A DNA stretch of 64,000 nt from an uncultured Candidatus Micrarchaeota archaeon (GTDB lineage Archaea > Micrarchaeota > Micrarchaeia > Anstonellales > Bilamarchaeaceae), in NCBI GenBank assembly GCA_963714085.1, contig OY970229.1, positions 448,001 to 512,000 of the forward strand, written 5' to 3'. Below are positions 55,858 through 64,000 of the stretch, piece after piece. How positions within the stretch are numbered: position 1 is the first letter of the stretch; every line of letters starts with the position of its first letter. The translations under genes were made by a program, and so were the position numbers. Under the pieces are notes generated by a model. The model did not search any database and was not told the origin of the DNA. It worked only from the letters and a program-made list of their open reading frames with translations.

Positions 55858-58800
55858 CTAGGTGTACTGCAGGCACTGGTATATGGACGAGCCGGTGAGG
55901 TCGAGCTCGCATGCCTCGCCGTGCGGGCCTACGGTGGCCACCAGATGGCCAGATGAGGAAAGCGGCACCGTGCAGTGGGTCACGCCGGTACAGGTCTCGC
56001 CTGGGAATGTCCATATCACGTTGGAGGCCGTGCATGGCCTCAGATTGTCGGGCTCGCCGCACTTCACGTAGTAGTCCGGGGCGTCCGCCGGGCTTATCGT
56101 GCAATACTTCGAGACCCCCGGGCCGCAGCCTGCGCCGGTGCACTCCGGAGGCAAGGGCGGCGTGCCGACGGTTATCCCGGTGGTGTTGCACGGGGGCGGA
56201 ACCATGTCGAAGGCGCATGCCCAGAGCGCGGTGCTCACATTGTCGGTGGTCGCCGTGTACACAGTATAAGGTCCGCTGGTCGGGTCTATCGAGCCGATGA
56301 CCTGCGGGAATCCAGCCATGTTCCATTGCACTCCGGTGCATGGAACTGGGATGCCGTTGCTGGTGCAGGTCGTGTTGAACGACTGGTTCTCCATGAACAC
56401 CAGGTTCACGGATGGCGGGATTATGGCGAGCGTGTTGTTCGGTGGGACGACGGTCAGGTTGGACACGCAGGATGTGTTCCCGACCGTGGCATTGAGCTGT
56501 CCGGTGGTGCCGATGTCGGATGTCGGGACTACGGATGCGCCCGTAGGGCTGGTGTCGAACAGTATGCCGTCTATGCCATAGAGCTCCCAGTCCGCGCTTG
56601 CGCAGGGCACGATATCGCTGCTTTCGTTGAAGCATTGCAGACCGAATACCGCGACCTCAAGCTGACCGATATCGGCAACCGAAGGCGTCACATTGCAGCC
56701 CGCAACACCGGTCACCGGCTTGGCGCCCACGGTTATGGAGGTGTAGTTGCACGGCGAGGGCGAGACGCCCGTCGCGCATGCCCAAAGCTCGGTGTCGACG
56801 TCGGGCACGGTAGCTGTGAAGTTCGTGACCGGTCCGCTGGTCCGGTCTATGGAGCCCTCGACCTGAGGGAAGTCCGGGGGATTCCATACGACCCCGTCGC
56901 ATGCGACCACGTCGCCATCGTGGGTGCAGTTTGCGGTGAATACCTGGCTGCCATTGTACGGCAGGCTCACGGATGGCGGGTCCACGAAGAGCGTGTCGGT
57001 TGGCGGGGTAACCGTCAGGTCCGAGGAGCATGATACTGGCCCGATGGTGGCGTTAAGCTGGCCCGTGGTGCCTATCGGGGATTGCGTGAACACGGATGCA
57101 CCCGTCGGCCCTGTGTTGAACACCCTGCCGTCTATGCCATAGAGCTCCCAGTCCACGTCGCCGCATGGCACGCTATTGCCGTTGTCGGTGCACTGCAGGG
57201 TGAACGAGGTTATCTCGGAGTAGCCCAGATCGGCAGGAGAAGGCGTTATGCTGCAGTTGTTCACGTCCTGCACCGTGACGTTCTGGCCGTTGTCCGAATA
57301 CGCGCAGACGGCGTTGAAATCGCCGCTCACCGACGCGGTCACATCGCCGGTCCCGGCGCTCGGGAAAGTCACCTGCGCGCTCTGGTAATCGTTGGCCCCC
57401 AGAGTGCTGAAGCCCGGAGGCGTGGTGTCCCATGAAACCGTGGAGCCTGAGCAAGGGCCCAGGTCGCCGTTGAGATGGCTGCACTGGATGCCGAATGTCC
57501 TGGTGTCTCCGGTGGAGACCGGCATCGTGCCGTCGGTGATGTTGCAGCTGTCGCCGCCGCCAACGTTGACCTGCAGGACGCCTGCGCTGCAGGAGAGAGC
57601 CTGGCTCGCGGCCGCATTGCACGCCGACTGGTCAGAGCTGAATGAGAATGCGAGATTCGCCGTATACGTGCCCGCGGTCGTGCCATCAGGAACCGCGACC
57701 TGCACGTATACCGTCCTGCTGCCGCCCGCGCTTATGGATTGGGATGGGCCGAAGCCGTTGGACGGCGGGGAATCGCACGACGGCGCATTCGCGCAGCACT
57801 CGGGATTCGTGGACGGCCTGTCGCCACCGTTCTGCGCGCACAGCGTGCTGTCGAACGGAGCCACGGTAACCACTGGATTGTCGCTGGTTATTCCGGTTAC
57901 GTAATTGACCGCCTGGCCGCTGTTGCTTATGGTGATCGGTATGACGATGTAGCCGCCAGGGGGCACGGTCAGCGGCTGCGCGACCCCGGAGAGACCGCAG
58001 GAGAGCGCGTTCTGCTTGTTCTGCACCGTTATGTCATAGGTGTTCTTGCCGAGCGGGGCGTCGTATGCCGGTGCACTGGTACCAGCCTGGGCTGAGGTCC
58101 TCGAGTAGACCTCCTCGCCCTGGTAGCTCCCGCACGTCGGGTGCCTCACGGTCGCAGCGCAGCCCTTCACCTCGTATGAATCCCCGATGACATAGCTGCC
58201 AGGATCGTTGAGCGTGAGCGTGTTCTGGAACGAGGTGCCGCTGTCCGAAGAGGACAGACCAGGATAGGACGAACCTGAGGGCATTGTCGCTGAAGGCGTC
58301 ATGGTGCCCCAGCAGGTCACTGCGACGCTTCCGAGCCTGTTGGAGATCTTGACACCGTAATTATCGTAGAAGTTTATCTGCTTATCGTGGAGAGTGCCTT
58401 CATAACCCCAACACGCCGGGTTGTTGTAATCGCATATCTTCCAAGCGTTCATGGCATTGTAGTCGCCCTGGCTCCAGAAAACCGGGAAGTTGCCTCCTGT
58501 CGCGGAGGAAGCCCCGGGGGTGCATGTTTCCCAGACCGTGGCGTATGCGTAGAAGTTCGGCGCAGACCACGAAGCGCTCAGTGACGAATCCAGCGATGCG
58601 GTCGTGCCCGGGCACACCACCGCGCCATCGAGCGAGCCTCCCGGGCCGTATGAGAGCACCTTGGAGTCGTCGATGGAAAGCGTGGATGTGAAGGTACCGT
58701 CGAATCCCGGTTGCAACTTGAAGTAATCGTAGCCGGACGTCGTGAGCGTCTCGTAAAGGTAAGTCGACTGGTCATTCCATGTGAGCGTTTTCTGCTGGCT

Positions 58801-58872
58801 GGCTGGCCACGCTGCTCCGACCATGAGCAAAAAAATGAAAACTGTTAGCGCCTTGGCGTGCATCGGGGTCAT
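55858..58872 (-). CDS. Large secreted Cys-rich protein with Ig-like repeats
   Basis: Signal peptide; repeated C..TP...F...C.....C..V.W modules. Confidence 0.8.
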   Translation of the reverse strand: MTPMHAKALTVFIFLLMVGAAWPASQQKTLTWNDQSTYLYETLTTSGYDYFKLQPGFDGTFTSTLSIDDSKVLSYGPGGSLDGAVVCPGTTASLDSSLSASWSAPNFYAYATVWETCTPGASSATGGNFPVFWSQGDYNAMNAWKICDYNNPACWGYEGTLHDKQINFYDNYGVKISNRLGSVAVTCWGTMTPSATMPSGSSYPGLSSSDSGTSFQNTLTLNDPGSYVIGDSYEVKGCAATVRHPTCGSYQGEEVYSRTSAQAGTSAPAYDAPLGKNTYDITVQNKQNALSCGLSGVAQPLTVPPGGYIVIPITISNSGQAVNYVTGITSDNPVVTVAPFDSTLCAQNGGDRPSTNPECCANAPSCDSPPSNGFGPSQSISAGGSRTVYVQVAVPDGTTAGTYTANLAFSFSSDQSACNAAASQALSCSAGVLQVNVGGGDSCNITDGTMPVSTGDTRTFGIQCSHLNGDLGPCSGSTVSWDTTPPGFSTLGANDYQSAQVTFPSAGTGDVTASVSGDFNAVCAYSDNGQNVTVQDVNNCSITPSPADLGYSEITSFTLQCTDNGNSVPCGDVDWELYGIDGRVFNTGPTGASVFTQSPIGTTGQLNATIGPVSCSSDLTVTPPTDTLFVDPPSVSLPYNGSQVFTANCTHDGDVVACDGVVWNPPDFPQVEGSIDRTSGPVTNFTATVPDVDTELWACATGVSPSPCNYTSITVGAKPVTGVAGCNVTPSVADIGQLEVAVFGLQCFNESSDIVPCASADWELYGIDGILFDTSPTGASVVPTSDIGTTGQLNATVGNTSCVSNLTVVPPNNTLAIIPPSVNLVFMENQSFNTTCTSNGIPVPCTGVQWNMAGFPQVIGSIDPTSGPYTVYTATTDNVSTALWACAFDMVPPPCNTTGITVGTPPLPPECTGAGCGPGVSKYCTISPADAPDYYVKCGEPDNLRPCTASNVIWTFPGETCTGVTHCTVPLSSSGHLVATVGPHGEACELDLTGSSIYQCLQYT
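56164..57255 (-). repeat. Intragenic tandem duplication of a ~186-aa unit
   Basis: DWELYGIDG, IGTTGQLNAT, FPQV.GSID.TSGP and LWACA each occur twice, about 558 nt apart. Confidence 0.85.
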
Positions 58873-60845
58873 CTCTTTTGATTCAGTAAGTCCGAAACGT
58901 TAAGGTTGAATATCACCAGGACGTTCCCAGGGCCCGTGATCGGAAGGCCGGATATTGCTTCTACCGTGCGGTAGCGCACTTCGGTGCCTACCCTGACACC
59001 GTATATCTTGAGATCCGCGCCCCCTCCGATGGTGCTTTCGGTTTTGATCCCCAGCGGAGTCGGTTCCCCTCCGGAGCTCTGCACGTAGTAAAACTTCATT
59101 GGGAAATCATGACCGCTTTTAGTGCTCGGAGTTATTCCGATTCCGGCGCGCCAGATGAGGCTTGAGATGGACTGCGGATAATCGCTGCTGCCTGGCTTTA
59201 ATTCGCCGCCTATGTCTGCCACGAGCATAATCGGCATGCCCTTCAAGCTGCCGAGTCCCAAGCCCGCGGCGCCTGTCAGCGAGAAAGAGTTGCTGGGGGT
59301 CAAAAGGGTCCCCCTGAGCGCGTAGTAAAGCGGAAGTTTCAGGTACCCCGCGGTCCTGCCGCTCTGGTCCACGAAGGATGCCTCGAACAGCCCCTGCGTC
59401 TTGCCCAGGGCTATGAGCTGTCCCTGCCCGCTCGCGTCCCCGCTCTGCACCACGTCGTACTGGGACAGCGCGCCGATGTCGAGCTGGACAGTCGCGTACT
59501 CCCACGGATGGTATTTCGCTGTGCCTCCCAAGCGAACCGCCATCTGCTTGCCGGTGTAGCCGGTCGGAATCATTCTTAGGGAATATACCGTATTTCCACT
59601 GGCGTCGGTGCTTGCTTTTAGATCAGGCTGGTACTGCTGCGATGTGATGTGCGAGAGCCAGGCATTCGGCCCGAGCGTGAGCTTTCCGCCTTTGAATTTG
59701 AATAATTCAAGGTCTCCCCCCATGGTGGCTATCTCGATAGGTATGCTCGTCAGCATCTGGGGGCATGTCTGCTTGATGCTGTCGAATATGAACCCTTTCA
59801 GGCGCGACCCGTCAGGGAGCATGTTGAGGCCCTCGAGATAGTTGCCCCTACGGAACGCGTTAAGGGTGTCGACAGTGGCCTGCCGCCCAGTTTGGGTCCC
59901 TGCGTTAATCCCGGTGAGCTGGCTTATCAGGTTCCAGCGTGGGTCATTGGCATTGGCTGGATTGAGGTCGCCGCTCTGTCCCGTAGCGTTATTTGCCCAG
60001 TTTATGATAACGGTGTAATAAGTTGTGCCTGCCGTGCTATTCCTGGTTGGTTGGAAATAACCGAGCCACATTTGCCCTCCGGAAGAAACCAGCGTCGCTA
60101 CGTTTTGGTTTCCGAGCATCGAATTAAGCGCGGTGCTGGGAACGATATTCGGAGTCTTCACAGACGTGCCGACCGCTCTTTCTGGACTCGGAAGGAGGTT
60201 TATCTCGGTGTGCCGGGTCTTTGCCCTTGCGCTTGCTGAGCCCCTTTCGATTTCAGCCTCGCCTTTAGCATCGGTACTGCTTATTTCGTGCTCATCTTCC
60301 TCGCTTGGGGCGGACGGTTTCTCTACGGGCGGTTTCTCTGCGGACGGTTTCAGATTAGGTGCCTGTTTCTCCGGTTTCGGAACGACCAACGGCGCGCTGT
60401 TCACGAACGCCAGTTCGGTAGGAGTCAGTTGGCGGTTTATGTCTTTCGCTATTTTCGTGCCCTTGAGCTCATCACCGAACTTATGGTAGAGCGCTTGTAC
60501 CTCAAGCTGGTACATCAGCGGGGTCTTGGAGAACTCGCGGAGCGTCCAAGTGGCATCTTGCAGTTCCTTAATCCGTGACATGTCCACGGCGACGTAACCT
60601 TTTGCGGAGCTTAGATCGTAAAGCGCGCGGCGCTGCGTGGGGTCGAGCTTCTCGTAGACGTTTTTTTCCACGGCTGCCAATTTGTTTCTCTGCGGTATGG
60701 TTATATGCGTGGAGGCGAGACGGACGAGGATTGCGTTCATACGCTCGAGATTATTGACCGGATCGTCGGAGAGTTTTCTCAGCTCTGCCAAATCCTTGTT
60801 CACGGCGTTCGCACTACCAACCTTAGCGACGGTTTGTGATCCCAT
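58869..60845 (-). CDS. Hypothetical protein: helical N-terminus, beta-strand-rich C-terminus
   Basis: Long ORF; 4-nt overlap with the downstream gene; AAGGTGA RBS. Confidence 0.75.
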   Translation of the reverse strand: MGSQTVAKVGSANAVNKDLAELRKLSDDPVNNLERMNAILVRLASTHITIPQRNKLAAVEKNVYEKLDPTQRRALYDLSSAKGYVAVDMSRIKELQDATWTLREFSKTPLMYQLEVQALYHKFGDELKGTKIAKDINRQLTPTELAFVNSAPLVVPKPEKQAPNLKPSAEKPPVEKPSAPSEEDEHEISSTDAKGEAEIERGSASARAKTRHTEINLLPSPERAVGTSVKTPNIVPSTALNSMLGNQNVATLVSSGGQMWLGYFQPTRNSTAGTTYYTVIINWANNATGQSGDLNPANANDPRWNLISQLTGINAGTQTGRQATVDTLNAFRRGNYLEGLNMLPDGSRLKGFIFDSIKQTCPQMLTSIPIEIATMGGDLELFKFKGGKLTLGPNAWLSHITSQQYQPDLKASTDASGNTVYSLRMIPTGYTGKQMAVRLGGTAKYHPWEYATVQLDIGALSQYDVVQSGDASGQGQLIALGKTQGLFEASFVDQSGRTAGYLKLPLYYALRGTLLTPSNSFSLTGAAGLGLGSLKGMPIMLVADIGGELKPGSSDYPQSISSLIWRAGIGITPSTKSGHDFPMKFYYVQSSGGEPTPLGIKTESTIGGGADLKIYGVRVGTEVRYRTVEAISGLPITGPGNVLVIFNLNVSDLLNQKR

Positions 60846-61010
60846 ATATAGTCACCTTCTAGAGAGTGAAAGCTACTGGAACGGGCGCGCTGACTAGCGG
60901 CGCCCTGGTTTTGCCAAATCCCGTCGCTGGTGCCGAAAGGCTTGTTAACAATGCTGCCGTTGCCACCACTTTCGCGGTCGTTTGTCTCCATCCCATAATG
61001 TCACCATGCA

Positions 61011-64000
61011 TCATTTTATCTTGAATTTCGCACGCTCGTACATGTTCATGTATGCTCCCGGCGGATACTTATCTCCTCCGCTTGCGACTTCTCTCTCGAT
61101 GCTGTAGGAGGTCTGGCCAGGTTTGAGGTTTTTCGCCAACTCAGTGCCGTCGATGGGCACCCGGAACGCATCCCGCAGCCAGCGCACTTTGATAGCCAGG
61201 AAATCGAACTTTAAGTCGTTCATGCCGGTTTCTTGGTTCGGGATCGGCGTATAGGTATGTTCGAATACGAACCTCTTGACTCCTGTCCTCTCGAGTTCGG
61301 CATCCGATGTCTTGGAAGCTGCCCCATACCTGGCCCATCCGTCCTGGGCGTCGATCCATCCAACGAACGCACCCTTGTTGTAATCCCACTTCGCATAGAA
61401 GTACGCGGTTCTGCTGTCGTCGTCGCTGAGCCTCGCGACGCGCTTCACACCATGGGTCGACTCGTTATTAGACATCACGTAATAGCAATGCGGAGAAGAC
61501 GTCAGGTCCTCCTCAAACGCCGTGTAGGAAAACGTTTTGCCTTCGAAAAGCGGCGCCAGCGGAGTCTTCGCAGACCATGACAAGATGACGGATCTGCGTC
61601 CGGCATTTCCGGATTCAGGACCCATCTGGATAGAGTAGAACCTGGCGACTGGCGCGGGCGGCACCACCTTCTCCTCTTTCTTCGGCAGCCTGCTCCCCGC
61701 GTCCTGGAGGTCCTTGAGCGCGGTGGTCATCAGCTGGATGGCCCTCACCGGGTTGGCCCATGCGCCAGCGGCCGAGCAGTCGTAGAGGTTCTCCGATGCG
61801 TTGGATCGGTAAACCTCGGCGAGACCGGCAACGAGCTTGTATTTGGTGAACGCGCGGTTGTAGAGCAGCCCGGCCGCAGAACCCGATTTTTTCGATTCTT
61901 CTGCAAGCCTTGCGCTGATGCCTGACTGGTCCTGCCTTTTCTTAAGCGCGTCCCAGTCCGCCGCAAGCCTGGATAGGGGCTTGAGCAGGGCTGCATTGCC
62001 TGCGGCAACCTGCTCGGCATATTTCGCCCTGAGCGACTCCGGAGAAACACCCAGCTGTTTCACGTCGACCTTGCCGTATCCTTCTGCGGCTGCCTTCTTC
62101 GCATCGGAGAATCCGCTGAGGTCGAGTTCGGAGATTGAATATTTATCTTTCCTGAGGCTGGCCACGTATGGGGCCCAGGTCTCCTCGATGTACGGAAGCA
62201 TGCCTCTGGAGAGGTCGTCCATCGCCGCCGTATCCGCGGTCCTGCGGTAGCGCGGGTCGCGCCTTATCCCCTGCGGGACGGATTCGTCCAGCAGCTCGCG
62301 CGCCGCGGACAGGCCGGATTTGTCAGAAACCGCATCCGTCCATGGGAAGAATAGGTCCTTCTTCGCGCTCAGCGCTGATACCAGGACGCGCTCCGTCTTG
62401 TTCAGATCCCCATAGACGGCTTTCCTGTTGACCTCCTTCTGGTCGCTGGGCACGGTCGAGCTGACAGTACCCCAGTATGCGGAGTGGTGCCATCCGAAGA
62501 ACGAATTCTCCATGTTGATCAGGGAACGCGGATATATCGTCACCAGTGATTCCAGCGTGAGGTCCGGCATGGTGGCCGGGTGGGCCTCCGGGCAGTCCGG
62601 GTTGCCGAATGCGAACCTGAATAGCTCGAGCTCGTGCTCATAGGCAGCCTTCGCGTTCTTGAACTGGGCCGTGTCTTTCCCGGGCAGCTGCTTGAGCGCC
62701 TCGGCCTCTTCGTAAAGGGAGATCGCGTGCACGACACCAGCCTCGAGCTGCTCGGTCAGGCGGAACATCTCATCCGACGTGGTCGCCTTTTCCTGCGACG
62801 CCTTCTTGCAGCGCTCCACGAGCCTGTTCGCCACGTCGAGCAGCGGGCCGGCGTTCACGTGCTTGGCGGCATCCTCGGCGTAGCCTATGAACTCGTCGAA
62901 ATCCTTCTTTGCCATCACCGGGGAATCTTTTGTGAGGTTCTGGCTGGTGCTGGAGTAGTACTCCCACCTCGCCTTCATGAGGAATATCGCCACCCTCGGG
63001 GCTATCATGAGGTCCGCGGCATCGTCCTGATGGAGTATCCTTTCGAGCTGCAGCATGGCGTTCTTGCGCGGGTCCTCGGGCTTCATCTTGCGCGGGTCGT
63101 CCTTCATCGTGGAGAGCAGGAGCGCCAGGTTGTAGTTCAGCGCGTCCACCACCGCGTCGCAGGTCTTCTTGTTTCCGCCATTGCGCCGGTATTCATCGGC
63201 CACTTCCCTCGCATCTGTCAGGGCCTGGAGCGCGCTAGCGAGGTCCTCGAGCCTTATCACGGTCATGCCCGGCACGGTCGTACCTTGGGTCTTGGCGTCC
63301 TGGGCCTGTTTCACAAGGTGCTGCAACGCCGTCACGGTGTCTTTCTTCAGATCGTATTTCACTTTCACCGGCTTGCCGCGGGGGTTCGTGGACTTTAGCG
63401 TATAGGACCCTTTGAAGGCAGACGCATTGATGAGCGCTACGTACTTTTCACCTATGACCTGGGCAAGATCCCGCTGGCGTTCATTGATATCCCCCTGGTA
63501 AGGGACGTACCAGGCCTCGCCCGCGGCCGCGGTTTTGGGTGCTTCGGCTTCCGCTTTCTTGGGCACTGCTCTCACTACTGCCGCGGCCCTGGCGGCTTCT
63601 ATCTCGCCTGGAGCTGCCTGGGCCTTTTCCTGCGCCTGCCTTATCATGGCCTCCCCTTTACCGGTCGGGGCTGCTGGTTTGGAAGCGGCTTCGGAGTCTT
63701 TCTGTATCGCAGCGAGCTTGAGCACGATGTTGGTGGTGACTTCCGTCCTTGGCGAATCGCCGAAAAGCTTATCCCTGGAGATATCATCGGTGGTTCCGAA
63801 CACGCTGTTATAGCGCGCTTTCGGGGTTCTGCCTTCTGCGATACCAAGCTGTGCCATGGTGTCCAGGAATTCCTGCACGCGTTTCATGCTCGGGTTTATC
63901 TTGAAATCTTTATCTTCAAAGGAAGGGAAAGCGACCTTATTCTTAGGGTCGAAAAGCAGCTTTCTTATTCCGTCCCATTGTTCATTCGCCGTTCTTACGA
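61011..64000 (-). CDS. Large helical hypothetical protein (5' end outside window)
   Basis: Frame stays open from 63887 to the window edge; Ala/Lys-rich helical sequence. Confidence 0.8.
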   Translation of the reverse strand, partial: VRTANEQWDGIRKLLFDPKNKVAFPSFEDKDFKINPSMKRVQEFLDTMAQLGIAEGRTPKARYNSVFGTTDDISRDKLFGDSPRTEVTTNIVLKLAAIQKDSEAASKPAAPTGKGEAMIRQAQEKAQAAPGEIEAARAAAVVRAVPKKAEAEAPKTAAAGEAWYVPYQGDINERQRDLAQVIGEKYVALINASAFKGSYTLKSTNPRGKPVKVKYDLKKDTVTALQHLVKQAQDAKTQGTTVPGMTVIRLEDLASALQALTDAREVADEYRRNGGNKKTCDAVVDALNYNLALLLSTMKDDPRKMKPEDPRKNAMLQLERILHQDDAADLMIAPRVAIFLMKARWEYYSSTSQNLTKDSPVMAKKDFDEFIGYAEDAAKHVNAGPLLDVANRLVERCKKASQEKATTSDEMFRLTEQLEAGVVHAISLYEEAEALKQLPGKDTAQFKNAKAAYEHELELFRFAFGNPDCPEAHPATMPDLTLESLVTIYPRSLINMENSFFGWHHSAYWGTVSSTVPSDQKEVNRKAVYGDLNKTERVLVSALSAKKDLFFPWTDAVSDKSGLSAARELLDESVPQGIRRDPRYRRTADTAAMDDLSRGMLPYIEETWAPYVASLRKDKYSISELDLSGFSDAKKAAAEGYGKVDVKQLGVSPESLRAKYAEQVAAGNAALLKPLSRLAADWDALKKRQDQSGISARLAEESKKSGSAAGLLYNRAFTKYKLVAGLAEVYRSNASENLYDCSAAGAWANPVRAIQLMTTALKDLQDAGSRLPKKEEKVVPPAPVARFYSIQMGPESGNAGRRSVILSWSAKTPLAPLFEGKTFSYTAFEEDLTSSPHCYYVMSNNESTHGVKRVARLSDDDSRTAYFYAKWDYNKGAFVGWIDAQDGWARYGAASKTSDAELERTGVKRFVFEHTYTPIPNQETGMNDLKFDFLAIKVRWLRDAFRVPIDGTELAKNLKPGQTSYSIEREVASGGDKYPPGAYMNMYERAKFKIK

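Overview
GC-rich archaeal chromosome segment. The gene content (top6A/B, aIF2-gamma, S6e, TFE, CarS, PAC2, Sec61beta) and the many large Cys-rich orphan surface proteins suggest DPANN, possibly Micrarchaeota (inference). The most unusual structure is an ~11.3 kb island (39073-50336) at the 3' end of tRNA-Leu(TAA). Four copies of the tRNA's last 12 nt divide it into three tandem cassettes, and the two larger ones share ~150 and ~200 bp non-coding arms. No integrase is present in the window. The cargo is (1) an orphan biosynthetic or modification cluster (two radical SAM enzymes, a degenerate QueD-TPR-GT2 fusion, class III aminotransferase, Gfo/Idh/MocA dehydrogenase, kinase, HAD protein), (2) a fluoride-riboswitch-controlled Zn-ribbon plus CPA2 antiporter unit, and (3) a small membrane protein plus a decayed tRNA-Arg. 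Outside the island: a five-gene membrane operon around a VirB4/HerA-like ATPase, a lipoprotein with all lytic-transglycosylase (SLT) motifs next to a 1606-aa membrane protein, a degenerate GGDEF protein, TFE with an H1-like basic tail, tandem orphan paralogs with a duplicated promoter, and a possible beta-barrel protein. All calls come from reading motifs by eye; no searches were run.
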